A DNA stretch of 61,767 bases, counting the filler. It is 5 parts of 5 records of this genome, joined end to end, with 100 filler letters (N's around TTAATTAATTAA, not from the genome) between each part and the next. Parts side by side here need not be neighbours in the genome. Positions count along the whole stretch, not along the records: positions 8,176 to 34,462 come from SRR31156797_905; 4 more parts are not named here. One strand, written 5' to 3'. The stretch's first letter is position 1, and each line of letters opens with the position of its first letter. Positions 10,028 to 23,120 of the stretch are shown piece by piece. A program made the translations under genes and the position numbers. Below the pieces are notes generated by a model that had not been told where the DNA came from, searched no databases, and was given only the letters and a program-made list of their open reading frames with translations.

Positions 10028-10474
10028 TTATTTTGCTTGCCAAAGCTCTTTTACTTGCCCATCGGTGTAAACTTTATAGGCTTTATTTACTGCCAAGGAC
10101 TTGTCTGCGTGACCAATTAAGTAATAATTGCCATCACAGTCAAACTCTCCCTCACTCAATAATTTATAACTCGTTAATGGACCATCTGCCATTTTTTTCG
10201 CCAAATAACGAAGGGCATTCGCGGGATTCACTAAATAGTTTTGATTCACTAGCCAATCAATAACCACTGAAACGATCGTATTTGCCCCAAATCGTTCCTT
10301 TTGCTTTAATGCGAGAATGAGATCTCCATCAGAAAAACGCGTTTCATCGATCCCCGCATTTGTAATTGCTTGCCGTGCCGCTTCTATCTCTGACATTGAT
10401 ACGAATGTAATCATTTCTGCTTTCGTTTTATTCCGTTCCAACTGTTCAAAATCAACCGTTTTATATCCTTCCAT
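10028..10474 (-). CDS. Hypothetical protein
   Basis: Open frame; probable start MEGYKTV after AAGGGG RBS; no family recognised. Confidence 0.6.
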   Translation of the reverse strand: MEGYKTVDFEQLERNKTKAEMITFVSMSEIEAARQAITNAGIDETRFSDGDLILALKQKERFGANTIVSVVIDWLVNQNYLVNPANALRYLAKKMADGPLTSYKLLSEGEFDCDGNYYLIGHADKSLAVNKAYKVYTDGQVKELWQAK

Positions 10475-10670
10475 TTTTATATCCCCTTTCAACGTTCTAA
10501 AATCATCATATCATCCAGAAATCAAATCTCCAAACAAAACGATCGTTATATTTTAATTTTTATTCATCAAATTATCATTTTAGCGAACAAGAAAAAAAGC
10601 TATTAGAATAACATCTAACAGCTTTGTAATATTCAGAAATTTAAAACAAATAACATAATTATTAGAAATC

Positions 10671-11480
10671 TCAATTATCATTGAAAAAAAACGTGTTGTA
10701 TGAACCTGCTTTTTTCGCTAAGTGAGCGAGCACTGATCGTTGCAAGAAAATATCCTTTTCAGCAGATGGATAACGGCCGTTTTTTAGATTATCACAATTT
10801 ATTTCTTCCAGCAAGAAATCTAGCTCGGAACTAACGATTTTCAACTGTTGAAGCGATTCTAGAAAAATACTCGGACGCACTTTTTTGTTTTTACGGATAC
10901 GTTCAAAGATGACACTTACTTGATCTAAGTAATAGACCGGATCGACATCGCCGATCAAATCCATTAGTTCGTCATAAACCGATAGATTTTGCAGCTGGCG
11001 ATTTGCTTCAAAAAAAGCCGGCAGCGTTGGTGGCCATGGCGCTTCTGCGTATGAGATCATCTGAAAACTTTCATGGGCCAAGGAATAAACAATCCCCTGC
11101 TCCACCTCCTGCAAACAACCATAGAAGTATTTATTTTCATTACTTAATGTCGCAAAGTTTTTGAGAAAACCAGCGATTTCTTGTGTTGACCAATCAAGGG
11201 CATCTTGATAAAAACCGTCACTTTCTTGCAGCTGCTTTTGATCTTCTTCAGTATAAACAGGAAAACCTAAAAAATAGCGTCGATTTTGGCGGATGATCAA
11301 AGCTGATGCGATCAGACGGTCAAGGGTTTTATCAAATGACACCTCTGGAAACTTCGCTTTTAGCTCTCGTAGTGTCGGCGGTTCCTGACAGCTTAAAAGC
11401 ACATGAACCAAATCATGGAATTCAGAAGATGCCAGGATCGGTTGCAACGAACGATAATGGGGACTATAAAAAAATTTCAC
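10671..11480 (-). CDS. DUF1803-like protein (N-terminal wHTH-like)
   Basis: TLRELK..F....FDK.LD.LI...LI.R..RRY pattern; position downstream of ppaC as in lactic acid bacteria. Confidence 0.65.
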   Translation of the reverse strand: MKFFYSPHYRSLQPILASSEFHDLVHVLLSCQEPPTLRELKAKFPEVSFDKTLDRLIASALIIRQNRRYFLGFPVYTEEDQKQLQESDGFYQDALDWSTQEIAGFLKNFATLSNENKYFYGCLQEVEQGIVYSLAHESFQMISYAEAPWPPTLPAFFEANRQLQNLSVYDELMDLIGDVDPVYYLDQVSVIFERIRKNKKVRPSIFLESLQQLKIVSSELDFLLEEINCDNLKNGRYPSAEKDIFLQRSVLAHLAKKAGSYNTFFFNDN

Positions 11481-11568
11481 TGTGTGTACTCCTTATTAAA
11501 AAAATCATGAAAAATGCTGGCTTGATCTACCAAAACAGATCTCACCAGCACTCTGACATTTATCCTTA

Positions 11569-12498
11569 TTATCCTTCGAAAACCGCTGTTAATTGAGGAA
11601 CGATTTGTTTTTTACGAGAAACAACGCCAGGTAAAAAGGCACGATGGTTCGTTAATGTCGTTTCAAACGCTGCTTCTACTGGGGCAATTGGTTCACCAAC
11701 AACTAATAGCTCAGAATTACTGTCTAAGATATCAGTAGCAACAAGCAAGAACAAATCATAGCCATTTGCTGACATTGATTCTTTCATGGCAGCTTCCAAT
11801 TCTGCTTGACGGTCAAAGACCTCTTTTAGGTCGACTGTATTGACTTGTCCGATACGGATGTTTTTCCCGCCCATTGGGAAGCTTTTTGCATCAAGATCCA
11901 GCAATTCTGCGGCTGATTTCGTTCCAAGATTTGTGCCGGCTTTCAACATATCCAATCCGTATGCTTCCAGTTCAACACCTGCTAAAACCGCTAATTCTTT
12001 TGCTGCCGCTACATCTTCATCGGTACATGTTGGCGATTTGAACAACAATGTATCGGAGATGATCGCTGAAAGCATGATTCCTGCGATCGCTTTTGGAATT
12101 TCCACTTGATTTTCTTTGTATAACTTCAATACGATCGTACTGGTACAACCAACAGGTTCTGCACGATAATACAACGGATTGGCTGTCTCAAAGTTAGCAA
12201 TACGGTGATGATCAACCACTGCCAACACTGTAACATCAGCGATATCTGCCGCACTTTGCTGAAACTCATTGTGATCCACCAGCATTACTTCTTGTGTTTC
12301 CTTAGTTACTGAATCGATTACACGAGGAGCAGCCAGGCTAAAGGTGTCTAGTGCAAATTGTGTTTCTTCATTCGGTGTACCTAGCGCCACCGCTTCACAG
12401 TCTTTCCCAAGTTGATTTTGTAAGTTTGCAAAGGCAATCGCTGCACCAATAGCGTCGGTATCAGGATTTTGGTGACCGAATACTAATATTTTCGACAT
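11569..12498 (-). CDS. ppaC: Manganese-dependent inorganic pyrophosphatase
   Basis: [31 protein letters not shown] motifs. Confidence 0.97.
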   Translation of the reverse strand: MSKILVFGHQNPDTDAIGAAIAFANLQNQLGKDCEAVALGTPNEETQFALDTFSLAAPRVIDSVTKETQEVMLVDHNEFQQSAADIADVTVLAVVDHHRIANFETANPLYYRAEPVGCTSTIVLKLYKENQVEIPKAIAGIMLSAIISDTLLFKSPTCTDEDVAAAKELAVLAGVELEAYGLDMLKAGTNLGTKSAAELLDLDAKSFPMGGKNIRIGQVNTVDLKEVFDRQAELEAAMKESMSANGYDLFLLVATDILDSNSELLVVGEPIAPVEAAFETTLTNHRAFLPGVVSRKKQIVPQLTAVFEG

Positions 12499-12592
12499 TT
12501 CTTCATCGCTCCTATTTCAATTGATATTCACTTTCTAATCATAGTAAAAAAACAGGAAAGAAGCAATAGCAATCTCTTCTTTCCTGTTTTGA

Positions 12593-13348
12593 TCAACGGG
12601 TTAAGTAGCCTTTATAGTCATCTACATGGAGCAAACGTTTGGCATTTTTCACCCGATCTTCGGTTGGTGGTTCGATCCCTTCAAGGGGATATTTCAAGCC
12701 TAGCTCATCCCACTTGTATTTCCCCATCGTGTGATAAGGTAAGATCTCAACTTTATCGACATTCTTCAACGTCTTGATAAATTCATCCAAACGGATCAAG
12801 AAGTCATCATAATCGCTTCTAAAAGGAACCAGCACATGACGAATCCAGACGGGCTGATTGATCTCTGAAAGATAATTTGCCATATCCAAAATATTATCAT
12901 TGGATTGAGTGGTCAGCTCTTTATGGGCTTTGTTATCGATATGTTTGATATCAAACAACAGCAAATCAGTCACAGTCATCAACTCTTGAAACTTACTGAA
13001 AAAAGGCTCTTCTCGTGTAAATGGTTTTCCGCAAGTGTCCAGTGTTGTGCTGACCCCTTCTGCTTTGGCTTTGCGAAACAGATCGATCAGAAAGTCCATT
13101 TGAAGTAACGGTTCCCCACCACTAACGGTGATCCCACCTTTTTGTCCCCAGAATTCGCGATATTTCAACGCCTCTTCTAAGACGTCATCAGTCGTTCGTT
13201 CGATACCCGTGCCAATCTTCCAAGTATCTGGATTATGACAAAACTGGCAACGCATGCGGCATCCTTGCATGAATACAATAAAACGGATACCTGGTCCATC
13301 TACTGATCCAAAACTTTCTGTTGAATGTACTTGTCCTGTTACTGCCAT
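12593..13348 (-). CDS. pflA: Pyruvate formate-lyase activating enzyme (radical SAM)
   Basis: ESFGSVDGPGIR, CRMRCQFCHNPDTW, SGGEP; start reassigned to MAVTG. Confidence 0.96.
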   Translation of the reverse strand: MAVTGQVHSTESFGSVDGPGIRFIVFMQGCRMRCQFCHNPDTWKIGTGIERTTDDVLEEALKYREFWGQKGGITVSGGEPLLQMDFLIDLFRKAKAEGVSTTLDTCGKPFTREEPFFSKFQELMTVTDLLLFDIKHIDNKAHKELTTQSNDNILDMANYLSEINQPVWIRHVLVPFRSDYDDFLIRLDEFIKTLKNVDKVEILPYHTMGKYKWDELGLKYPLEGIEPPTEDRVKNAKRLLHVDDYKGYLTR

Positions 13349-13410
13349 AATGCTCTTCCTTTCTTCGAAACGACGGATAACCATGCTCCGTCTGATACTC
13401 TCAAAACAAG

Positions 13411-13438
13411 AGGCGGCGGATTTTCCCGTCCGCCGCCT
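13411..13438 (-). terminator. Hairpin between pflB and pflA (terminator or mRNA stabiliser)
   Basis: AGGCGGCGGA...TCCGCCGCCT inverted repeat. Confidence 0.65.
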
Positions 13439-13452
13439 GAAGTTGTTGCTTA

Positions 13453-15681
13453 TTACATTGCTTCGTGCATTGTACGAGCAATGACATCATCTTGTTGTTC
13501 TTTGGTTAATTTAATGAAGTTAACCGCATAACCAGAAACCCGAATCGTTAATTGTGGGTATTTTTCTGGGTGAGCTTGCGCATCAAGTAATGTATCACGG
13601 TTAAATACGTTGATATTTAAGTGGTGACCACCTTTTGCTGCATAGCCATCTAGCATTGTTGCTAGGTTTTCTTGTTGTGTCTCATCGTCACGACCTAATG
13701 CTTTAGGTACGATTGAGAAGGTGTTTGAAATACCATCTAATGAGTAATCATATGGTAATTTCGCAACTGACGAAAGACTTGCTAATGCACCATGCGTATC
13801 GCGGCCATGCATTGGGTTTGCACCTGGAGCAAATGGTGCACCTGCACGACGTCCATCAGGCGTGTTCCCTGTTTTCTTCCCATAAACCACATTAGAAGTG
13901 ATTGTAAGGATCGAAGTTGTATGTTTTGCATCACGATATGTTTTTGTGCGTTTTACTTTCTTCATGAAAGCTTTCAACAAGTTGACTGCGATATCATCTA
14001 CACGGTCATCATTGTTTCCGTATTTAGGATAATCGCCTTCGATTTCGTAATCTTCAACAATGCCGTTTTCATCACGAATCGTACGAACTTTGGCATATTT
14101 AATCGCTGATAATGAATCAACTGCAACAGAGAAACCAGCGATACCAGTAGCCATCGTACGTAGAATATCTGTATCTTGGAGCGCCATTTCAATGCGTTCA
14201 TAAGAATATTTGTCATGCATGTAATGAATGATGTTCAATGTGTTCACATACAGATCACAAATCCAGTCCATCATTGTGTCATATTTTTCCATTACTTCGT
14301 TGTAATCCAAGTATTCAGAAGTAATTGGTTGGAATTTTGGTCCAACTTGTGCTTTTGATTTTTCATCGACCCCACCGTTGATTGCATACAACAATGTTTT
14401 CGCTAAGTTGGCACGAGCACCAAAGAATTGCATTTGTTTCCCGATGCGCATTGCGGATACACAACAAGCGATTCCGTAATCATCGCCCCAATGTCCACGC
14501 ATCACATCATCGTTTTCATATTGAATCGCTGATGTTTGGATCGACATTTTCGCACAGAATGTTTTGAAGTTATGAGGCAAACGTGTTGACCATAAAACAG
14601 TCAAGTTTGGTTCTGGTGCTGGACCTAAGTTTGCTAGAGTGTGTAAGAAACGGAAGCTGTTTTTTGTTACCATGTGGCGTCCATCTTCACCCATACCAGC
14701 GATTGACTCAGTTACCCAAGTTGGGTCACCAGAGAACAATGCGTTGTAATCAGGCGTCCGAGCAAATTTCACAAGACGTAGTTTCATGACAAAATGGTCA
14801 ACGATTTCTTGTGCTTCTTCTTCAGTGATCACGCCATTTTTTAAATCGCGTTCAACATAAATATCAAGGAAAGTTGACGTACGTCCCAATGACATTGCCG
14901 CACCATTTTGCTCTTTGATGGCTGCTAAGTAACCAAGATATAACCATTGGAATGCTTCTTTCGCCGTTTGAGCTGGTTTAGAAATATCAAATCCGTAAAT
15001 GTTTCCTAATTCTTTCAATTCGCTTAAAGCGCGAATTTGTTCACTTAATTCTTCACGTTGGCGGATAATGTCTTCAGACATGGTTCCGTTTCCGCAATAC
15101 AATAGGTCTTGTTGTTTTTCTTTGATCAAGAAATCCACTCCGTATAATGCAACACGACGGTAGTCACCAATGATCCGGCCACGGCCGTATGCATCAGGAA
15201 GACCTGTGATTACACCAGAACGACGAGCTGCTCTGATTTCAGGTGTATAGGCATCAAATACCCCTTGGTTATGTGTTTTACGGTAGTCGCGGAAAATGTG
15301 AGAAACTTCCGCATCGATTTCATAGCCGTAAGATTCTGCTGCTTGTTCTGACATGCGGATGCCGCCAAATGGTTGCAAGCTGCGTTTAAATGGTTTTTCC
15401 GTTTGGAAACCAACAACTGTTTCTAAGTTTTTGTCTAAGTAGCCAGGTCCATGAGAAGTAATCGTTGAAACGACTTTTGTATCCATATCCAATACGCCGC
15501 CAGCTTCACGCTCTTGCTTGTTCAGTTCCATGACTTGATCCCATAGCTTCGTCGTTGCTTCAGTAGCATCTGCTAGGAATTCATCTGTTCCGTCATAAGG
15601 TGTGTAGTTTTCTTGGATGAAGTCGCGTACGTTTACTTCTTCTTTCCAAGTTTTTCCTTTAAATCCATTCCATTGTTCCAT
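13453..15681 (-). CDS. pflB: Formate C-acetyltransferase (pyruvate formate-lyase)
   Basis: [17 protein letters not shown], active-site ACCVS, glycyl-radical RVSGY; start MEQWNGF with GGAGG RBS. Confidence 0.97.
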   Translation of the reverse strand: MEQWNGFKGKTWKEEVNVRDFIQENYTPYDGTDEFLADATEATTKLWDQVMELNKQEREAGGVLDMDTKVVSTITSHGPGYLDKNLETVVGFQTEKPFKRSLQPFGGIRMSEQAAESYGYEIDAEVSHIFRDYRKTHNQGVFDAYTPEIRAARRSGVITGLPDAYGRGRIIGDYRRVALYGVDFLIKEKQQDLLYCGNGTMSEDIIRQREELSEQIRALSELKELGNIYGFDISKPAQTAKEAFQWLYLGYLAAIKEQNGAAMSLGRTSTFLDIYVERDLKNGVITEEEAQEIVDHFVMKLRLVKFARTPDYNALFSGDPTWVTESIAGMGEDGRHMVTKNSFRFLHTLANLGPAPEPNLTVLWSTRLPHNFKTFCAKMSIQTSAIQYENDDVMRGHWGDDYGIACCVSAMRIGKQMQFFGARANLAKTLLYAINGGVDEKSKAQVGPKFQPITSEYLDYNEVMEKYDTMMDWICDLYVNTLNIIHYMHDKYSYERIEMALQDTDILRTMATGIAGFSVAVDSLSAIKYAKVRTIRDENGIVEDYEIEGDYPKYGNNDDRVDDIAVNLLKAFMKKVKRTKTYRDAKHTTSILTITSNVVYGKKTGNTPDGRRAGAPFAPGANPMHGRDTHGALASLSSVAKLPYDYSLDGISNTFSIVPKALGRDDETQQENLATMLDGYAAKGGHHLNINVFNRDTLLDAQAHPEKYPQLTIRVSGYAVNFIKLTKEQQDDVIARTMHEAM

Positions 15682-15734
15682 CTGATGGACCTCCTTAAAT
15701 TTTCTGTTCACTAATGTAACAGCTTTACGTGAAC

Positions 15735-15771
15735 AGTATAACACACACCCTAATGATTGCAAGTGTTTTCA
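15735..15771 (-). promoter_or_regulatory. sigmaA promoter of pflB with overlapping cre-like site
   Basis: Minus strand TTGCAA-N16-TATACT with extended TG; TGAAAACACTTGCA (15758-15771) resembles a CcpA cre. Confidence 0.55.
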
Positions 15772-15902
15772 AGAATTATTTTGAACAATTTAGTTTTTTT
15801 TAAGATTTTTATTATTAAAAACGTTGATTTATAAGCATTTATCAAATGTGAATCTTTTATTAAAGTTCGTTTTTTATTAATGTGAAAGATTAATTAAGAG
15901 GC

Positions 15903-15943
15903 AAAAAAGCAACCATTCTGTACTGGTACAGAATGGTTGCTTT
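15903..15943 (-). terminator. Terminator downstream of parC
   Basis: AAAGCAACCATTCTGTAC-TG-GTACAGAATGGTTGCTTT. Confidence 0.85.
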
Positions 15944-15951
15944 GTTATAAT

Positions 15952-18414
15952 TTATAGTACAGAATCCTCTGCGATTGCAGGACTGATTTGTGTTTTCACT
16001 TCGTAGATTTGCCCCCCTGTTTTCTCATCCATGATAAATGAGCCGTTGGAGGTCCGATCATTGATCGGGATTTGATTCGTGATGACTTCAAAGGCTTGTC
16101 CTTTTTGGTTGGTTACCAGTAGCTGCTGGTTCTCTCCATTCCCCATATAGACTACGCGATGAGGGTTTTTCTTCAATTCCCGTAAGACCATCAATCCACG
16201 CTTCGCCCGTCCTAATTGGGTGATCTCTTGGGCTAGCATGCGTTTTGCTGCGCCACGTTGGGTAATCAGAACGATCGGTGTATCCCCTTCTGAATAAACT
16301 AACAACCCATTGATAAGATAATCATCCGCTTTAAGGTTCATCGCTTTGACCCCAGCTGCTTTTGGTCCCACAACGGGCACTTCATTAAGCGAATACCGTA
16401 AGCCAAAGGCAAGATGACTGACTAAAAAGACATCCATTTCTTCTGTTTGATCAGTCAAAAAGACATTGACTAATTCATCTGATTCATCTTTCAGCTTCAT
16501 GATCGTCATTGGCCGTGTCTTATAGGTGCGCCAAGGTTCAAATTCCGTCATTCGTGTTTGTTTAATCATGCCGTTTTTACTGATCAGCACAAAGTTTTTC
16601 AACGGATCGATCTCTTTGTAGGCAAAGACCCCAATGATCATTTCATCTTGCGCCAGTGTCATAACCGTTTGCGAAATATGTTCGCCTAGATCTTTCCATT
16701 TTAAATCAGGCAATTCATGAACCGGACGATAGATCGTGTTTCCTTTATTGGTTACCAATAACAGATGATCCAACGTATTCATTTGGTTGCTGTAAAGTAA
16801 AGAGTCGCCTTCTTTCATGCCGATCTCTTCTGGTTTTGAGGCACCGTAAGAACGCAAACTGCTGCGTTTGACATAACCGTCTCTTGTGACTGTCACGACG
16901 ACTTCTTCTTGCGCGACTAAAACTTGTGTTTCGATCTTGATTTCTTGAATTTCGGCTTCGATCTCAGTCAATCGCGGTGTCGAATATTTTTTCTTGATCT
17001 CCCGCAATTCCTTTTTGATCACTTTCAGTAATTCACTTTCCTCATTTAAAATCGTTGTCAATTCAGCGATCGTTTCAGCAAGTTCTTTCGCCTCTGCTTG
17101 CAATTGTGTGATATCCGTATTGGTCAAGCGGTACAACTGTAAGTTCACAATGGCTTCTGCTTGCTCTTCCGTAAAACCGTGCTGAACAACCAGATTGTTT
17201 TTGGCATCTTTTTTGTCTTTACTGCCGCGAATGGTGGCGATCACTTCATCAAGAATCGATAAAGCTTTGATTAACCCATCGACGATATGCTGTCTCTTTT
17301 GGGCTTTTTGCAGTTCAAAACGACTGCGTTTTTCGATCACTTCACGCCGATGCTTGATGTAGCTTTCTAAAATCCGTTTCAAACCGACTTGTTGGGGGCG
17401 CATATTGTCGATAGCCACCATGTTGAAGTTGTAGTTGATCTGCAATTCGGTATTTTTAAATAAATAATTTAAAATTCCTTGTGCATTTGCTTCTTTTTTC
17501 AGCTCGACAACGATCTGCAAACCAGTACGGTCAGTTTCATCACGCACTTCAGCAATCCCGTCGATCCGTTTATTCAAACGAATCTCATCCATTTTTTTGA
17601 CTAGATTGGCTTTATTGACCTCATAGGGAATCTCATTGATAACGATTTGCTGCTTGCCACCTTTGATGTCTTCGATCTTGGTTTTCGAACGCAGGATCAC
17701 TTTGCCTTTGCCTGTTTCATAGGCTTTTTTGATTTCTTCTTTCCCTTGTAAAATCCCTCCTGTTGGAAAATCAGGGCCGGGAATATACTTCATCAGCTGA
17801 TCCAAAGAAGCTTGCGGATGGTCGATCAAATAGACCGTTCCATCAATGATTTCCCCTAAATTATGGGTGGGAATTTCCGTTGCATACCCAGCTGAGATCC
17901 CAGTTGAGCCATTGACTAACAGATTTGGGTATTTTGCTGGTAAGACCGTTGGTTCTTTTTCGGTATCATCAAAATTCCACACCAATTCGACGGTGTTTTT
18001 TTCGATATCTTTTAACAGCTCACCGCTTAATTCTGAAAGTCGTGCTTCGGTATAACGCATGGCAGCTGGCGGATCACCATCCATACTCCCGTTGTTTCCG
18101 TGCATTTCAATCAAAATCTGACGCAATTTCCAGTCTTGGCTCATGCGGACCATTGCTTCATAAATACTCGAGTCACCATGGGGATGAAAGTTCCCCATGA
18201 TATTCCCGACTGATTTCGCTGATTTTCGGAAGCCTTTGTCATACGTATTGCCGTCTTGGTTCATGGCAAACAAGATGCGCCGCTGAACCGGTTTTAACCC
18301 ATCACGAATATCTGGCAATGCCCGTTCTTGAATAATGTATTTGGAATATCGACCGAAGCGATCTCCCATCACTTCTTCCAATGTCAATTCTTGTATATTG
18401 CTTCTGTGTTCCAA
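15952..18414 (-). CDS. parC: DNA topoisomerase IV subunit A
   Basis: RALPDIRDGLKPVQRR, HPHGDSS, AAMRYTEARL; downstream of parE. Confidence 0.97.
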   Translation of the reverse strand: MEHRSNIQELTLEEVMGDRFGRYSKYIIQERALPDIRDGLKPVQRRILFAMNQDGNTYDKGFRKSAKSVGNIMGNFHPHGDSSIYEAMVRMSQDWKLRQILIEMHGNNGSMDGDPPAAMRYTEARLSELSGELLKDIEKNTVELVWNFDDTEKEPTVLPAKYPNLLVNGSTGISAGYATEIPTHNLGEIIDGTVYLIDHPQASLDQLMKYIPGPDFPTGGILQGKEEIKKAYETGKGKVILRSKTKIEDIKGGKQQIVINEIPYEVNKANLVKKMDEIRLNKRIDGIAEVRDETDRTGLQIVVELKKEANAQGILNYLFKNTELQINYNFNMVAIDNMRPQQVGLKRILESYIKHRREVIEKRSRFELQKAQKRQHIVDGLIKALSILDEVIATIRGSKDKKDAKNNLVVQHGFTEEQAEAIVNLQLYRLTNTDITQLQAEAKELAETIAELTTILNEESELLKVIKKELREIKKKYSTPRLTEIEAEIQEIKIETQVLVAQEEVVVTVTRDGYVKRSSLRSYGASKPEEIGMKEGDSLLYSNQMNTLDHLLLVTNKGNTIYRPVHELPDLKWKDLGEHISQTVMTLAQDEMIIGVFAYKEIDPLKNFVLISKNGMIKQTRMTEFEPWRTYKTRPMTIMKLKDESDELVNVFLTDQTEEMDVFLVSHLAFGLRYSLNEVPVVGPKAAGVKAMNLKADDYLINGLLVYSEGDTPIVLITQRGAAKRMLAQEITQLGRAKRGLMVLRELKKNPHRVVYMGNGENQQLLVTNQKGQAFEVITNQIPINDRTSNGSFIMDEKTGGQIYEVKTQISPAIAEDSVL

Positions 18415-18425
18415 GAGACCACCTC

Positions 18426-20516
<2,091 letters not shown>

Positions 20517-20737
20517 TTAACACAAAATACGCTTTTTTCAAGCGAACATTTTTCTAAACTATCTTATCCTTTTTCCTTTGTTTGCACAAGCTAGAGTCAC
20601 AAAATGGCTTGTTTGTGTTTCACAGCTCCGAGGAAAGCTGTTTTTCTTCTTTCCCTGACTAGCGAAAGATTTTCTTATTGTTGGAAAGGCGTTTTCATGC
20701 TAAAATTGCCCTAGCCTTGCAAAGAAAGTTGGTTATT

Positions 20738-21376
20738 ATGAATACGATTCTTTTATTTATTGTTGCTTACCTTTTAGGTTCGATCCCCTCGGGTGTTTGG
20801 ATTGGCCAATTGTTTTTCAAAAAAGATATTCGCCAATTCGGCAGCGGCAATACGGGAACGACCAATACATTTCGCGTTTTAGGAAAGAAAGCCGGGATCG
20901 TTGTTTTATTGATGGATATCTTAAAAGGAACTTTGGCAACCAGTTTGCCTGTCCTCTTTGGTCTCCATACCGTCAATCCGCTCTGGTTTGGGGTCTGCGC
21001 GATCTTAGGTCATACCTTTCCGATCTTTGCCAAGTTTAAAGGCGGCAAAGCGGTGGCGACAAGTGCTGGGATGCTCTTAGGATACAATCCGCTCTTTTTC
21101 ATTTATTCTTCATTGATTTTTGTTATCTGTCTTTATGTGACAAGTATGGTAAGCCTGACCAGTATGATCGCGGCGTGTTTGATCACCTTATCGACGGTCG
21201 TTTTGCCTTTTATCGCCCCTGCGATATTGCCTGAGCAAAACTGGTTGCTGACCTTCATCGCGATCGGCGTAACGATTTTTATCTTTATTCGCCATCGCGA
21301 AAATATTTCACGTATTAAAGACGAGACTGAAAGTCGGGTACCGTTTGGTCTGAATAAGCGTCAAGCGAACAAATAA
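20738..21376 (+). CDS. plsY: Glycerol-3-phosphate acyltransferase
   Basis: [30 protein letters not shown] motifs; divergent from parE as in Firmicutes. Confidence 0.96.
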   Translation: MNTILLFIVAYLLGSIPSGVWIGQLFFKKDIRQFGSGNTGTTNTFRVLGKKAGIVVLLMDILKGTLATSLPVLFGLHTVNPLWFGVCAILGHTFPIFAKFKGGKAVATSAGMLLGYNPLFFIYSSLIFVICLYVTSMVSLTSMIAACLITLSTVVLPFIAPAILPEQNWLLTFIAIGVTIFIFIRHRENISRIKDETESRVPFGLNKRQANK

Positions 21377-21378
21377 GC

Positions 21379-21420
21379 AGAAGCTGAGAAAAGTGCAATG
21401 ACTTTTCTCAGCTTCTTTTT
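21379..21420. terminator. Bidirectional terminator
   Basis: AGAAGCTGAGAAAAGT...ACTTTTCTCAGCTTCT between convergent genes. Confidence 0.85.
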
Positions 21421-21428
21421 GCCTGCTT

Positions 21429-22304
21429 TTATTTGACTGTGATCGAGTACTTTGTTTCAAATAACTCCTCAGGCGAAAGTGCTTGAATACCCAATTTTTC
21501 TGAAAGCTCACCGGAAGCTTCCAGTGTATCTGCGATACCGCACCATGGTTCTATACATAGAAACGGCGATTTTACGGGATACGTGGACCAAAAACCGACA
21601 TACGGCATATTATTGTAGCTTAACGTAACACTATGAGGCGATTTCTCACTGCGAATCGTGTAGGAATGTAATCCTTTCGTTTCATAAACCAGCGCATCAT
21701 TTGCAAACATATCGTGGGTCAAGCGCAAATCCGTATTCGTTTGACCGAGTGTGCGTTGTTCATAATCAATATAATTGCCTTTTAATGGCAATTTCACTCG
21801 TGATTTTTTTGGAGAAAAAGAAAGGTAGTAGTCTTCAAATGTCAGCCCTTTTTCAAGTGGGACGTTGAATGCAGGGTGTCCTCCAATGGAGAAGAATAGT
21901 TCTTTTTGACCGCTATTCTTTACTTGGTATTTGACGACTAAGCCATCACCGCCTAATTCGTAACTGACATACAGCTGAAAATCAAACGGATACTTCACTT
22001 TGGTTTCAGTTGAACTTTCTAATAGAAACAAGGCATAGTCTGTACGTTTTTCAACGACAGTAAACACCATGTCTCTGGCAAACCCATGACGGGGCAAATG
22101 ATAACTTTTGCCCTCATGCTGATAGGTGTCCTCTTTTAAGGCGCCAACAATCGGAAATAAGATTGGCGCATGCTTTCCCCAGTGGTTTGGATCAGCTTGC
22201 CAAATATATTCAAGGTCATTGCTTGTATCAACTAAGCTTTGTAGCTCAGCCCCTTTTTCTGCAATTTTTGCTTGCAGATGACCCGCCGTGATGGTAACTG
22301 TCAT
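21429..22304 (-). CDS. Aldose 1-epimerase family protein (LacX-like)
   Basis: GAEL, EYIWQAD..W..HAPILFPIVG, HGFARD, GGHPAFN, CIEPW motifs. Confidence 0.9.
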   Translation of the reverse strand: MTVTITAGHLQAKIAEKGAELQSLVDTSNDLEYIWQADPNHWGKHAPILFPIVGALKEDTYQHEGKSYHLPRHGFARDMVFTVVEKRTDYALFLLESSTETKVKYPFDFQLYVSYELGGDGLVVKYQVKNSGQKELFFSIGGHPAFNVPLEKGLTFEDYYLSFSPKKSRVKLPLKGNYIDYEQRTLGQTNTDLRLTHDMFANDALVYETKGLHSYTIRSEKSPHSVTLSYNNMPYVGFWSTYPVKSPFLCIEPWCGIADTLEASGELSEKLGIQALSPEELFETKYSITVK

Positions 22305-22315
22305 GGTCTCATCTC

Positions 22316-23107
22316 CTAATATTGATGTTTCGTCAATTCCTCTTTAAAGCGGCTGTTAAGCACTTTTAAATAGGTGCCTTTCATCCCCAAAGAGCGGGAT
22401 TCTATAATGCCGGCAGACTCTAGTTTACGCAAAGCATTTACGATCACCGACCGTGTAATTCCAATGCGATCAGCGATACTTGACGCGGTCAGACGACCTT
22501 CGTCGCCTTCTAATGCCTCAAAGATCGCTTGAACAGCTTTCAACTCACTATAAGAAAGGGTGTTGATTGCCATTTGAACAGCTGTGGTACTGCGAACATC
22601 TTCTTCGATACTGCGGGATTTTTGGTACAAGAATTGCATACCAACAACTGTCGCACTGTATTCCGCTAATACCAAATCGTCGTCATCAAAGGACTTATCG
22701 ATTCTGGAAAGAATGATCGTACCTAAACGTTCTCCTGCACCGTAAATCGGTACGATGGTCGTTAGTCCGTTGGGATACAACTCACGGCCTTCTACAGGAA
22801 AAGCGGTCATATCATCACTGATTGGCACATTAGCTTCTGTGGAAGTCAGGTGATCGACTAAATCTGTATAATTTTTAGGAAACTGTTTTTCAACAAACAT
22901 TTTTTTGATGCGTTCATTATTGACATCATGGTTCTCAACAAAACCTAACACGCTACCGTCAATGCTAATAATATACGCATTGCTGTCTAGGATGTTTCCT
23001 AAAATGACAGCCATCTTGTCGTAAGGCAAATCAGAAGCTAAATTAAAGGTGTTTTTTTGCTGCAATAATTCGTTGATTTGTCTTGTCTTTTCTAATAATG
23101 TTTTCAT
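22316..23107 (-). CDS. codY: GTP/BCAA-sensing pleiotropic repressor
   Basis: LLEKTR, LSYSEL, ASSIADRIGITRSVIVNALRKLESAG. Confidence 0.97.
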   Translation of the reverse strand: MKTLLEKTRQINELLQQKNTFNLASDLPYDKMAVILGNILDSNAYIISIDGSVLGFVENHDVNNERIKKMFVEKQFPKNYTDLVDHLTSTEANVPISDDMTAFPVEGRELYPNGLTTIVPIYGAGERLGTIILSRIDKSFDDDDLVLAEYSATVVGMQFLYQKSRSIEEDVRSTTAVQMAINTLSYSELKAVQAIFEALEGDEGRLTASSIADRIGITRSVIVNALRKLESAGIIESRSLGMKGTYLKVLNSRFKEELTKHQY

Positions 23108-23120
23108 TGGTCCGCTCCCT

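Noticed and set aside
15845-15898. Rex boxes upstream of pflB (ATGTGAAT.., ATGTGAAAG..)
   Set aside because: Half-sites only; the TTCACAA arm is absent.
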